From an uncultured Gammaproteobacteria bacterium (lineage in GTDB: Bacteria; Patescibacteriota; Patescibacteriia; VMEV01; CAZAJQ01), in assembly GCA_964485795.1 (NCBI GenBank), contig CAZAJQ010000004.1:38292-87091 (forward strand): a stretch of DNA of 48,800 nt. The letters are read 5' to 3'. Within the stretch, counting starts at the first letter, position 1. Each line of letters begins with the position of its first letter. Made by a program: the position numbers and the translations under genes. The notes under the pieces were generated by a model that saw only the letters and a program-made list of their open reading frames with translations, was not told where the DNA came from and ran no database searches. Shown piece by piece: positions 1 through 9,470 of the stretch.

Positions 1-1
1 C

Positions 2-796
2 GCAAAACAGGTGATTACACAAAAACTCCGCGAAGCCGAACGCAACATCATCTTCGAAGAATTCAAGGACAAGGTGAATGAACTCCTTATCGGGACGGTG
101 CAAAGAAAAGAAGGACGCAATTATCTTCTCGACCTGAATCGCGCCATTGCCGTGCTTCCCTATGAAGAGCAGATTCCCACGGAAAGATACCATCCGGGCA
201 CCCGTATCAAAGTCTATGTCCAAAGTGTGAATATGACTCCAAAGGGTCCCGAAATCATCGTTTCCCGAGCTCATCCGCAAATCGTCAAAAAACTTTTCAC
301 CTTTGAGATTCCGGAAGTGAACAGCGGGGTCATCGAAATTATCTCGGTGGCGCGCGAAGCCGGATCGCGCACAAAAATTGCTGTAAAAGCCAATGACCCG
401 TCCATAGATCCTATCGGCTCCTGCGTGGGTCAGCGAGGAAGCCGTATTCAGACGATCATCAATGAACTTGGAGGAGAAAAAGTGGACGTCATCGAATACA
501 GCGATGATATCAAAAAATACCTAATGAACGCTCTCAACCCCGCCAAGGTTCTTTCGATTGATGCGTTTGAAAACGACAAAAGAGCGATCATCCATGTGGC
601 CAAGGATCAGCTTTCTCTCGCCATCGGACGCTCAGGTCAAAATGTCCGCTTAGCTTCAAAACTGACGGGATGGAATATCAATATCGAAGAAGTCGCCCAA
701 ACACCCGAGGCTCAAAAAGAAGATGCCACAATAGCTCCCGTAGAGCCATCTCCATCGGATGAACCCAAAGAAACAGCCGAAGACGCCACTCAATAA
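2..796 (+). CDS. nusA: Transcription termination/antitermination factor NusA (5' end outside window)
   Basis: The frame is open from the window edge (AKQVITQKLREAERNIIFEEF). It has an S1-like segment (GTVQRKEGRNYLLDL), two KH signatures (GSCVGQRGSRIQTI and LAIGRSGQNVRLASKLTGW) and an acidic Pro-rich tail. Confidence 0.9.
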   Translation, partial: AKQVITQKLREAERNIIFEEFKDKVNELLIGTVQRKEGRNYLLDLNRAIAVLPYEEQIPTERYHPGTRIKVYVQSVNMTPKGPEIIVSRAHPQIVKKLFTFEIPEVNSGVIEIISVAREAGSRTKIAVKANDPSIDPIGSCVGQRGSRIQTIINELGGEKVDVIEYSDDIKKYLMNALNPAKVLSIDAFENDKRAIIHVAKDQLSLAIGRSGQNVRLASKLTGWNINIEEVAQTPEAQKEDATIAPVEPSPSDEPKETAEDATQ

Positions 797-822
797 TTTT
801 TCAATCATTATCTTTCAACCCT

Positions 823-1353
823 ATGCATTTTTGGCACGACATTTCCATGGGGGATCATGCCCCAGAAGAACTTACGGTCATCGTCGAGACCCCCAAGGGC
901 TCGCAAAACAAGTACGAGATAGACAAAGAGTCTGGCATTATATCGCTTGATCGCGTCCTGTACGGCGCGAATTTTTTCCCGGGTGACTACGGTTTTGTCC
1001 CTCGCACGCTTTGGGAAGACGGAGACGCACTGGATGCCCTCGTCATGACGCACAATCCCCTTTTCCCCGGATGCAAACTGAGCGTCCGCCCCATCGCCGT
1101 ATTACGCATGATTGACAGCGAGGAAAGCGACGACAAACTCCTTTGCGTTCCGACAAAAGATCCGAGATTTGACCACATGCAGGACATTTCGGACATCGCC
1201 CCTCATTTTTTGAAAGAATTGAAACATTTTTTTGAAACCTACAAGTTGCTTCAAAATAAAAAAGTTGAAGTTGTCGAAATCAATGACAAAAAAGCCGCTC
1301 ATGAAACGATTGCCAAGGGAATACGCATGTACGAAAAAAAATTCTCGAAGTAA
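823..1353 (+). CDS. ppa: Inorganic pyrophosphatase, family I
   Basis: 176 aa. Matches soluble PPase motifs: VIVETPKGSQNKYEID, YGFVPRTLWEDGDALDALV, DDKLLCVPTKDPRF. Confidence 0.9.
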   Translation: MHFWHDISMGDHAPEELTVIVETPKGSQNKYEIDKESGIISLDRVLYGANFFPGDYGFVPRTLWEDGDALDALVMTHNPLFPGCKLSVRPIAVLRMIDSEESDDKLLCVPTKDPRFDHMQDISDIAPHFLKELKHFFETYKLLQNKKVEVVEINDKKAAHETIAKGIRMYEKKFSK

Positions 1354-1387
1354 TCTCGTCCAAACTCCCTCACACTAAAAACCCAAA

Positions 1388-1410
1388 ATCACCCGAACGG
1401 GTGATTTTTC
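1388..1410 (+). terminator. Intrinsic terminator hairpin between convergent ppa and tig
   Basis: Stem ATCACCC, loop GAAC, stem GGGTGAT, followed by TTTTTC. An A-run upstream means it could act on both strands. Confidence 0.6.
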
Positions 1411-1531
1411 ATTGACTCATAGATAACCAAGCGGAATAAAGTTGGATCCGCAACGCTGAGCGATCAGTAAACGCATCTTCTGTACGCGCGACCCAATATT
1501 ATGGCTAAAAAAATTGCGCCCTGAAATAAGC

Positions 1532-2839
1532 TCATGATATTTCCACCTGAATGATTTTTTTGACCAGCCAGTCGGTCACCTTCTGACTCGTCATGATATT
1601 TTTCAAATATTCGCGATATCCGCTATTTTTGGTGTTTTGCATGACGACATCATTCCCGGGATTTCTGGCGACAACGGTATCCAGCTCTTTTTGCAATTCC
1701 TCATCGGATACGACGATACCCTGTTCTTTCGCGATTTTGCGAGTCAGTACGGCCAGTTTCACTCTTTTGTTCGCTTCCGACGCCATTTCGATTTTTAGAT
1801 CATCGATTTTTTTTTTGATATGTTGAAGATAATCTTCAAACTTTGCACCCTGCTGCGCAACGCTTTCCTGCAGCTCGAGAATCATCTTTTGCACTTCATT
1901 GTTGATCAATACATCCGGAACATCGTCAAAAGTCGAATGCGAAAGAAGTCGATCAAACATCTCCTTGACGCTTTCATGATGATGCTGCCTTTCCTGCTCT
2001 TCAAAAAGATTTTTGCGGATGTTTTCTCGCATTTCGGCAACCGTTTTGACGCGCAACATATCCTGCGCAAACGCATCATTGACCTCGGACAATTCGCGTT
2101 TATACACGTCATGAAGCTTCACATGAAATTCACATTTCTTCCCGGCAATGTCTTTGCTGTGATAGTCTTTGGGAAACGACAATTCAAAACTTTTTTCGTT
2201 CCCCGCTTTGAGGCCTATCAAGGCTTCTTCAAAACCAGTAATCATGGTTCTTGAACCTATCACCAAAGGATATTTTTTCTGACTTCCTCCCTCGATGACC
2301 ACCTTGTCATGTAAGACTTCCAGGTCGATGACGACTTTGTCTCCGGCTTTTGCTTCCCGAGCTTCCAATACTTCTTTGGCTCTCATTTGACGAAGGTTTT
2401 CAATGATTTTCTCAATTTCTTTTTCATCCACCACGGTTTTTTTTTGCACAACTGAAAAATCAAAAGATCCTACTTTGACATCGGGGTACAGGGAAACCAC
2501 CGCTTTATAGACAAATTCATTGTTGGGTGCGATTTTTTCTATATGCACTTCCGGAGATCCCACAGAAATGATTTTTTCTTTTTCCAATGCCTGAAAACAG
2601 GTCTTTCCCACAGCAATATCCGCCGCTATTTTCCATACGGTCATCGCTCCATACTGCTGTACCACCCTATCAATCGGCGCTTTCCCGGGACGAAACCCCG
2701 CAATCGGCTTTTCGGTGGACATTTTCAACGCTGCCTTGGACACAAAGGGCCTCATATCATCCACCGTCAGAGTGATCAACATTTCCTTCCTTCCCCGAGG
2801 AAGAGACTGGGTAACAATATTCATATAAGAAAAATTCAA
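1532..2839 (-). CDS. tig: Trigger factor
   Basis: 435 aa. N-terminal ribosome-binding signature GFRPGKAP, a central FKBP-like segment and a long helical C-terminal arm. The start could instead be the Met at 2824. Confidence 0.85.
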   Translation of the reverse strand: MNFSYMNIVTQSLPRGRKEMLITLTVDDMRPFVSKAALKMSTEKPIAGFRPGKAPIDRVVQQYGAMTVWKIAADIAVGKTCFQALEKEKIISVGSPEVHIEKIAPNNEFVYKAVVSLYPDVKVGSFDFSVVQKKTVVDEKEIEKIIENLRQMRAKEVLEAREAKAGDKVVIDLEVLHDKVVIEGGSQKKYPLVIGSRTMITGFEEALIGLKAGNEKSFELSFPKDYHSKDIAGKKCEFHVKLHDVYKRELSEVNDAFAQDMLRVKTVAEMRENIRKNLFEEQERQHHHESVKEMFDRLLSHSTFDDVPDVLINNEVQKMILELQESVAQQGAKFEDYLQHIKKKIDDLKIEMASEANKRVKLAVLTRKIAKEQGIVVSDEELQKELDTVVARNPGNDVVMQNTKNSGYREYLKNIMTSQKVTDWLVKKIIQVEIS

Positions 2840-3025
2840 GGAATGTAAAAAAATGATACCTTTTCAATACAAATACAATTTTTACCATTATCTTCTGTAT
2901 GAAGTGGTTCAAAAATACCGTTTTACAGCGATAAAGTCAATATTTTGATTCGCTTGAGATATCATCAATTCATAAAAAACTTTTTCACTTCTCAGTCCCC
3001 ACCCTTCTCACAGGAATTACACATT

Positions 3026-3046
3026 TTATCCACAGATTGTGGAAAA
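3026..3046. promoter_or_regulatory. Inverted pair of DnaA-box-like sequences
   Basis: TTATCCACA (perfect DnaA box consensus), then GAT, then TGTGGAAAA. The core TCCACA-GAT-TGTGGA is a perfect inverted repeat. It lies in an 880 bp non-coding stretch upstream of tig. Confidence 0.5.
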
Positions 3047-3526
3047 CTAAACAATTATTCAATCTTCCGCAATAAAAAGTTATTCACAGTATATTTTTTT
3101 ATAACACATCTATGAACCATATTAAGGCCAACATAAGCGCTCATTTGATAATCCACAGCCCATACCATTGTACTCTTGATTTTATCGTGGTATACTTTAT
3201 TTAGTTCGTTCTTCACAACATCACTCGTGGAAACATCTACCACCTTTCAGAATAGTGAATACAAAAAAATCAAAATATTTTTGTACTTTTTGTATCTACT
3301 ATTCCTTGCAATAAACACGAAAACGGAAAAATACTTATCGTTTGATATTTGAGCATAAGAGTATTTTACTCGTGCTATGGAATGGTAGACAGCGCTTTAT
3401 GCGCTCCACGCTCTTTTGATTTCTGAATTTCATCATTGTTTTTTCTTTCTTCAGAGAAGAGAGAAAAGCTCGAAATCAGAAATAAAGGGGTGTAGAGCCT
3501 CACTTATTTATTATTTTTTATAAAAG

Positions 3527-3550
3527 GGGGCATCTGCGCCCCGTTTTTTA
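3527..3550 (+). terminator. Putative intrinsic terminator in non-coding region
   Basis: GGGGC, ATCTGC, GCCCC, then GTTTTTTATTTT. No annotated gene lies upstream on the + strand. Confidence 0.45.
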
Positions 3551-3716
3551 TTTTAGGCATGATTTCTTTTATCCAGTGTATCCCATCTTCTCCAAGATGG
3601 TAACCGATTTATTATCTCCCCCGATAGCTTTTGTAACATTTATTTCTATCTACAGCGAAAGATTGATTTTTCTGAATATATTCATTACAATATCCTATAT
3701 TAAATGAATCCCTTCT

Positions 3717-4100
3717 ATGGACAAAGCAATACTCGATCAAATAGTTCAAAAGCTTGAATCGCAAAAAAAGACGCTTGAAAAAGAACTTTCCGCTTTTTCG
3801 ACTCGCAAGAAAGGCAAAAAAGAAGACTATGACGCGCAATTCCCGAATATGGGTGATACGCTGGATGATAACGCCCATGAAGTTGCCGAATACGAGAACA
3901 ATCTCTCGCTGGAGCGCACGCTGGAAAAAAGCCTAGATGATGTGGTCAAAGCTCTCGACAATATCAAAGCCGGCAAATACGGCATGTGCAAATATTGCAA
4001 GAAGCCCATTGATCAGAAAAGACTTCTTGCCAGACCGGAATCCACTTCATGTATAGACTGCAAAAATAAGCTTCAAAGTCGCCCCAAAATAGCGGTCTAA
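3717..4100 (+). CDS. DksA/TraR-family C4 zinc-finger protein
   Basis: 127 aa. A coiled-coil N-terminal half followed by CKYCKKPIDQKRLLARPESTSCIDCK (CxxC-N17-CxxC). Confidence 0.8.
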   Translation: MDKAILDQIVQKLESQKKTLEKELSAFSTRKKGKKEDYDAQFPNMGDTLDDNAHEVAEYENNLSLERTLEKSLDDVVKALDNIKAGKYGMCKYCKKPIDQKRLLARPESTSCIDCKNKLQSRPKIAV

Positions 4101-4106
4101 TGGCTT

Positions 4107-4598
4107 ATGAACGCAAAACAAAAAAAAACTATGATATTGAACATAGTTTTTTTTATTGTATTCTTAAGTCTTTTGGACAGATTTTTGAAAATATATTTTC
4201 TCAAACATCCGGCAATGGTCGTGCCGCTCATGCGTGAAGCCATTTTTCTGAGCTATCGAGAAAACCCCTTTCTGGCTTTGAGCATCCCCTTTCCATTGCC
4301 GATATCCTTGATCTTGAGTTTCATTTTGTTAACTTTTTTGTGCGGCACATGGCTACTGCAGAAAAGAAAAAAAAACATTTCTTTATCGCTGATCGCCTTT
4401 GCCATACTGCTTGGAGCCTTGTCAAATTTTTACGACCGTATTTTCATGGGTTTTGTGATCGATTATATTCATATAAAAACGCCTTTTTTCTACTTTCCCA
4501 TCCTCAATATCAGCGATATGCTCATATCCCTTGGAATTCTTCTCTGGTTGTGCTATGATTTTTGGGATAGAAAATCCCCCGACATGCGATCCGCATGA
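4107..4598 (+). CDS. lspA: Lipoprotein signal peptidase (signal peptidase II)
   Basis: 163 aa, four hydrophobic segments. LspA-like boxes LGALSNFYDRIFMGFVIDYI and ILNISDMLISLG. Confidence 0.75.
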   Translation: MNAKQKKTMILNIVFFIVFLSLLDRFLKIYFLKHPAMVVPLMREAIFLSYRENPFLALSIPFPLPISLILSFILLTFLCGTWLLQKRKKNISLSLIAFAILLGALSNFYDRIFMGFVIDYIHIKTPFFYFPILNISDMLISLGILLWLCYDFWDRKSPDMRSA

Positions 4599-4642
4599 AA
4601 AATACTCAAAGTAGGCATCAAGCCTATTTTTTTATTTTTCTT

Positions 4643-6172
4643 ATGCCCAGCAATGTTTTTTCAGCCGCCATCATCGGTCTGGATTGCGAGATGGTCGAAG
4701 TCGAAGCCGATCTCATCCTGCATGGGAATCCCAGCATGCAAATCGTCGGCCTTCCGGACAAGGCCGTGGAAGAATCCAAGGAACGCATTCGCAGCGCCAT
4801 CAAGAACAGCGGATATTATTGGCCCAGAAAACGGATTGTTATCAATCTTGCACCTGCCGATCTTCGCAAACAGGGACCGTCCTACGATCTTCCCATCGCG
4901 CTGAGCATCCTTGCGACGGATAAACGCATATCGGAAAAATTTTTGCATGATTCTCTTTTCATCGGTGAGCTGGCGCTTGATGGACGTCTCCGAACCGTCC
5001 CTGGCATTCTCTCCATCGCTCTCTTTTGCAAAAAAAACAAAATATCCAATCTCTTTTTACCGAAAGAAAATGCGGCCGAAGCGTCAGTCATTGAAGGTGT
5101 CACCCTCTATGGGATCTCTTCACTTCGTGAACTTTTGGGATTTTTTTTGAACGAGCATCCTATAAAACCCTACGCGAAGAAATATGTTTTCCCCCATCCC
5201 AAGGATGCCACCTCGATCATCTATGACATGGCTCATATCAAGGGGCAGGAACATGCCAAAAGAGCTTTGGAGATCGCGGCATCCGGAGGGCATAATATCC
5301 TCCTATCGGGTCCGCCGGGATCCGGAAAGACTCTTCTTGCCCGAAGCTTGCCGTCCATATTGCCGACCATGTCGCTTGATGAAGCGCTTGAGGTTACCAA
5401 AATCTACAGCGTCGCATCTCTGCTTCCAAGGCACTCCGGTATATCTTCCGAAAGGCCGTTTCGAAGTCCTCATCATACCGCTTCCGCGGTTTCACTGGTG
5501 GGTGGAGGATCATGGCCTCGTCCGGGAGAAGTGTCTTTGGCCCATCGAGGGGTACTCTTTCTCGATGAGCTCCCCGAATTTCCCCGCTCCGTTCTTGAAA
5601 ATCTCCGTCAACCCCTCGAAGACGGCTCCGTGACCATATCCCGCGCACAAAGAAGCATCCAATTCCCCGCAAAGTTCATCCTTGTCGCCGCCATGAACCT
5701 TTGCCCCTGCGGAAACTTCTCCGACCAGGAAAAAGAATGCACATGCAGTGAATTTCAGATACGCGGATATCAAAAAAAAATTTCCGGCCCCCTTCTTGAC
5801 CGGATTGATTTTCATATTGATGTCCCGCGGATTGCTTATGACAAAATCACCTCTCAATTGCGCTCCGATAATTCAACGGCCATACAAAAAAGAGTTGAAT
5901 CCGCAAGAATCTTGCAGCGAAAACGTTTTCAAAAAATGAGAATCTTTACAAACTCCGAGATGAGCAATCACGAAATCAAGACTTTTTGTGAAATTGATGA
6001 ACCTTCTCAAAAAATTCTCAAAATGGCTGTTGAAAAATTCCATTTTTCAGTGCGATCCTTTCAGCGTATTCTCAAAGTCTCTCGTACCATTGCCGATCTC
6101 GAAGGCGAGAATCGTATTTTACTTGACCATATCAGTGAGGCTTTACAGTATCGGCAAAGAGTTGAAAAGTGA
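4643..6172 (+). CDS. comM: YifB/ComM family Mg-chelatase-like ATPase
   Basis: N-terminal Lon-protease-like domain (SAAIIGLDCEMVEVEADL), Walker A GPPGSGKT, Walker B VLFLDELPEF, and a C-terminal ChlI-like domain. The ORF opens at 4595, but the Met at 4643 matches family N-termini. Confidence 0.9.
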   Translation: MPSNVFSAAIIGLDCEMVEVEADLILHGNPSMQIVGLPDKAVEESKERIRSAIKNSGYYWPRKRIVINLAPADLRKQGPSYDLPIALSILATDKRISEKFLHDSLFIGELALDGRLRTVPGILSIALFCKKNKISNLFLPKENAAEASVIEGVTLYGISSLRELLGFFLNEHPIKPYAKKYVFPHPKDATSIIYDMAHIKGQEHAKRALEIAASGGHNILLSGPPGSGKTLLARSLPSILPTMSLDEALEVTKIYSVASLLPRHSGISSERPFRSPHHTASAVSLVGGGSWPRPGEVSLAHRGVLFLDELPEFPRSVLENLRQPLEDGSVTISRAQRSIQFPAKFILVAAMNLCPCGNFSDQEKECTCSEFQIRGYQKKISGPLLDRIDFHIDVPRIAYDKITSQLRSDNSTAIQKRVESARILQRKRFQKMRIFTNSEMSNHEIKTFCEIDEPSQKILKMAVEKFHFSVRSFQRILKVSRTIADLEGENRILLDHISEALQYRQRVEK

Positions 6173-6184
6173 TCATTTACCGTA

Positions 6185-6646
6185 TCATTTTATCTTGCTC
6201 ATGGCAAAATAAAAATGTTCAAAAACCAATGCCAATAGGCCCCATTGTAAAGCCGTAACGAGTTCTATATGCCCTTGGAATTGGATAAGACTTGAGGAAT
6301 AATCCCAAAGCCTTTGGCCGGAAATATACATAATCAATACGCCCGATATATACTCATAAAGCGTCAATACACTCATATAGACGAAAAATCTCAAAAAAAG
6401 AGAATGCGTCCGCATGAAATCATGAAGATATAGGATTATCAAGGCGCCAAAACCGTAAATGGGGCTGAACGGAAACCTCGAAAAACCTCCGCGTACAAAA
6501 TAGCCGGCTTCAAATGTTCTATACAAAGTATCTATGAGCCATCCGAAGACACTCGTGATGACAAAAAGCAGTATCAATCTTTTTTTCATAGATTCATCCT
6601 TTGTTGCATTCATGTTTTTTAACTTTAACCTTATCTTCGCATTCAT
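6185..6646 (-). CDS. Small integral membrane protein, function unknown
   Basis: 153 aa with about 4 hydrophobic helices (LILLFVITSVFGWLIDTLY, IYGFGALIILYL, and others). No catalytic motif recognised. Confidence 0.5.
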   Translation of the reverse strand: MNAKIRLKLKNMNATKDESMKKRLILLFVITSVFGWLIDTLYRTFEAGYFVRGGFSRFPFSPIYGFGALIILYLHDFMRTHSLFLRFFVYMSVLTLYEYISGVLIMYISGQRLWDYSSSLIQFQGHIELVTALQWGLLALVFEHFYFAMSKIK

Positions 6647-6848
6647 TTAACGTTTTTACGAACACTAAAGTTTATTGAACTCGGACGAAATGAATATATT
6701 GACGACATAAAAGGTTTAATAAAAATTCATGGAATATTGGTGTTGTTGTTTTTTTTAAAAAAAATTTTTGCATACTCTATAAATACTCCTATATTCATAG
6801 TACACCATCCTTTCTCTCTGAAAAATAGCCGAATCATTGCAAAAAAAA

Positions 6849-8162
6849 TCATGAATGAACGAGGAGCGGAATTCCAATTCTCTGTCGTATGTTTTCACCT
6901 CGAAACTTCGTTTGATGGCGCCATGAAGACTCCCCACGGCTTCCCTGATGCTGCGCCCCCTTCATTGTAAGAAGGCTTCCACCGAGATGTACGGTATGCT
7001 TCCCGAATTTGGCTGACAAGGCATCGCAGGCATGATACACACGCTGCATGCGCTCGACTTGTACAACCGGGTTAAAAAGGGACATCTGGATATTCCTATT
7101 TTCGCCTATATCGCTGACAATCACTCCCGTGGCGCGATACGAACGATTCTCGGAGAATACTGCTAAAAACATCTCTTCCACAACCGGTAAGAAATCATGA
7201 GGAAAGGCCGAAGCGCGATTGAGCTGCGCAAGCATCTGGAAATATTCAAATTTCTGACTTTTCAAAAAAATCATAATTTTTTTCGCTACCAAGGAATGAC
7301 GGCGCAGTTTGATGCACGCGTTTTCAAGATTTTTGCAAAGTTGTGAAAAGACCAGAGGTTTATATTCGCTTGCAGGGGTAAATGTCTTGGTCTTCGATAT
7401 GGAGGCATAGGAAGTCTTTGGCATGGGGTCCACTTCATAAACCCGCTCTCCTTGCAATTCCTTCCATACTTCTTGATGTGGCTTCGTAAAATGCCTTTGA
7501 ATGAATTCAAAGGGTTTATGTATAAAATCAATGGCTTTATAGATTCCCAAATGCATCATATGTGCGGCGGTATTTTGCCCCACTCCCCAAATGGCATCCA
7601 CCGGTATGTGGGAAAGATGCTGCTCCGCATTTTTTCTGAAAAGCACGGTAAATCCATCGGGTTTCTGAGCCTTTGAGGCCAGTTTTGCAAGACTCTTGGA
7701 TGAAGAAAGCCCCACCGAAACGGTGATACCGAGCTCCTTTTGAATTCCCTCCTTCATCGTTTTTGCAATCGCTTCATAGGATCGGTGAAGTGGTCTTTGC
7801 ATCCCCGTAATATCGCAAAACCCCTCATCAATGCTGTACTCCTCCACCCGCGTCGTAAAACGACGCATGATATCAAACATTCTCTTGGAGTACAGGCTGT
7901 AGGTTTCGTAATTGTTGGGGAGGATAATGGCGTCCGGACAAACGCGTCGCACTTCAAAAAGCCTCATGCCGCGTTTGACTCCCATTGCTTTGGCTTCATA
8001 GCTCAGTGAAGCCGCTATCCCTCGTTCTTTTCCCGTCACAACAGGTTTTCCGCGATATTTTGGACAAAGAGACTGCTCACAGCTTGCAAAAAAAGCGTCT
8101 CCATCAATATGAACAATGGCGTTTTGAAAATGATTGGTGTTCCACATGGTGATAATGCTCAT
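6849..8162 (-). CDS. Y-family translesion DNA polymerase (DinB/UmuC-like)
   Basis: IVHIDGDAFFASCE, YEAKAMGVKRGM, SIDEGFCDITG and IWGVGQNTA are Y-family palm/finger motifs. The Met at 8162 (MSIITMW) was chosen because the longer ORF (to 8255) would overlap the upstream gene. Confidence 0.85.
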   Translation of the reverse strand: MSIITMWNTNHFQNAIVHIDGDAFFASCEQSLCPKYRGKPVVTGKERGIAASLSYEAKAMGVKRGMRLFEVRRVCPDAIILPNNYETYSLYSKRMFDIMRRFTTRVEEYSIDEGFCDITGMQRPLHRSYEAIAKTMKEGIQKELGITVSVGLSSSKSLAKLASKAQKPDGFTVLFRKNAEQHLSHIPVDAIWGVGQNTAAHMMHLGIYKAIDFIHKPFEFIQRHFTKPHQEVWKELQGERVYEVDPMPKTSYASISKTKTFTPASEYKPLVFSQLCKNLENACIKLRRHSLVAKKIMIFLKSQKFEYFQMLAQLNRASAFPHDFLPVVEEMFLAVFSENRSYRATGVIVSDIGENRNIQMSLFNPVVQVERMQRVYHACDALSAKFGKHTVHLGGSLLTMKGAQHQGSRGESSWRHQTKFRGENIRQRIGIPLLVHS

Positions 8163-8172
8163 TGGGAATGGA

Positions 8173-8526
8173 TTAGAAATTTGCGACAATCGTATCAAAA
8201 ATGGAAATGAGCTCCTGGCATTCTCTTTGCAATTGATCTTCGTCTCCGTAAGCATGCTCAGGAACAGCTTTTTGATACATGGAAAGCCAATACTTGGTTT
8301 CTTGCGCTTCTCGTTTGCAGGAAAAAAAACTTTTTTTCAAGTCATGATTCCCCATCACCGCATGCGTCTGCGTATAGTATGCCCCGATATTGGTGGCTGA
8401 CTCTATCAAACGCTTGAGTATATGACTGGTGATGAAATCTTCGCGTACTCCCTGACAGAACTCGATAATATTTTCCCCGAATCTTTGTGTTTTTTCTTCG
8501 ATTTTAATGGCATGGGAATAGGACAT
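8173..8526 (-). CDS. Four-helix-bundle protein (23S rRNA intervening-sequence protein / Avd-like family)
   Basis: 117 aa. KIEEKTQRFGENIIEFC...RLIESATNIGAYY...FFSCKREAQETKYWL matches the pattern I recall for this family. Confidence 0.7.
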   Translation of the reverse strand: MSYSHAIKIEEKTQRFGENIIEFCQGVREDFITSHILKRLIESATNIGAYYTQTHAVMGNHDLKKSFFSCKREAQETKYWLSMYQKAVPEHAYGDEDQLQRECQELISIFDTIVANF

Positions 8527-8603
8527 ATGTGTATTTTGGTTAGAGATGAATGATGATAGTTTTTTTTAGAAAAAAACACGATTTCCTTTTTCTCACAGAC
8601 TGC

Positions 8604-9179
8604 CTAAGCGTACTTACGAATGACGCTGGTGACTATCCCGCCGACTTTCAATTCACTCTGCGGGAAAATATCCGAATATTTTTTATTGGCGGCTCGTAAA
8701 AAAATATTGCCTTTTTCTTTCATATAGTATTTAAGCGTCCAATCCTGATCAACTTCGGCCACGACAATATCTCCATGCTTGGGCTCCTTACCCTTTTCGA
8801 TGATGACCAGATCCCCCTCCATAATCCCGGCTTCCTTCATGGAATCTCCATTCACCTCGAGCATAAAAGATGCCGTGGGATTTTTGATAAGAAATTCATC
8901 CAAACTCAAGGTGTCGACGAGCTCTTCTTCTGCGGCCGATGGAAAACCAGCTTGGACATTGCCAAGCACTTTCAAACCATACAAGTGAGGCGTGGGGAGT
9001 AACTTCCCCGATGCGCTTTTCTTCAAAAATCCGTCTTCAAAAAATTTGGCGAGGTACTTGTGCAATGACCCCTTTGACTTGAGGTTAAAAATATGAAGCA
9101 CCTCATCATAGGTGGGCATATGCTTAAATTTTTTGTAGTAAGCCATGAGTTTTTGCTTTCTCTGTTGGTAAGTATTCAT
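8604..9179 (-). CDS. lexA: LexA-type SOS repressor (winged HTH + S24 peptidase)
   Basis: GNVQAGFPSAAEE (cleavage-region-like), GDSM catalytic Ser motif, VVAEVDQDWTLKYY with the catalytic Lys. Confidence 0.85.
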   Translation of the reverse strand: MNTYQQRKQKLMAYYKKFKHMPTYDEVLHIFNLKSKGSLHKYLAKFFEDGFLKKSASGKLLPTPHLYGLKVLGNVQAGFPSAAEEELVDTLSLDEFLIKNPTASFMLEVNGDSMKEAGIMEGDLVIIEKGKEPKHGDIVVAEVDQDWTLKYYMKEKGNIFLRAANKKYSDIFPQSELKVGGIVTSVIRKYA

Positions 9180-9217
9180 AGTGTTGAAAATAATGTTTGA
9201 TCTATATTTTTAATATA

Positions 9218-9233
9218 GAGAACATTTGTTCTC
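9218..9233. promoter_or_regulatory. Cheo-type LexA box
   Basis: GAGAAC-ATTT-GTTCTC palindrome (GAAC-N4-GTTC core), 39 bp upstream of the lexA start. Confidence 0.7.
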
Positions 9234-9470
9234 TCGTCAAGAGTACAGGTGGGGAAAATTTGGTGTGAAATAAACTCTCACCTGAAAACCAACAGGTGAA
9301 TACTGATACATTCGTTAAACTCCTACTATTTGACTAAAATTCTCCTGAGTAAACTACTGACGTAAAAAAACAAGCTCAAATTTGGAGTAACTGGCAAGAT
9401 AGTGTATATATATTGATGAGTTCGAGAAATGTAAATATTTTTTTCATGCAAAAAATGAAGGAGCACAGAA

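Noticed and set aside
3055-3243. 62-aa ORF (-) in the AT-rich non-coding region upstream of tig
   Set aside because: No RBS or motif is evident. In a low-complexity AT-rich context it cannot be supported as a gene, although it is not excluded.
8173-8526. Diversity-generating retroelement suggested by the Avd-like four-helix-bundle gene
   Set aside because: No reverse transcriptase ORF and no template/variable repeat pair were seen anywhere in the window.
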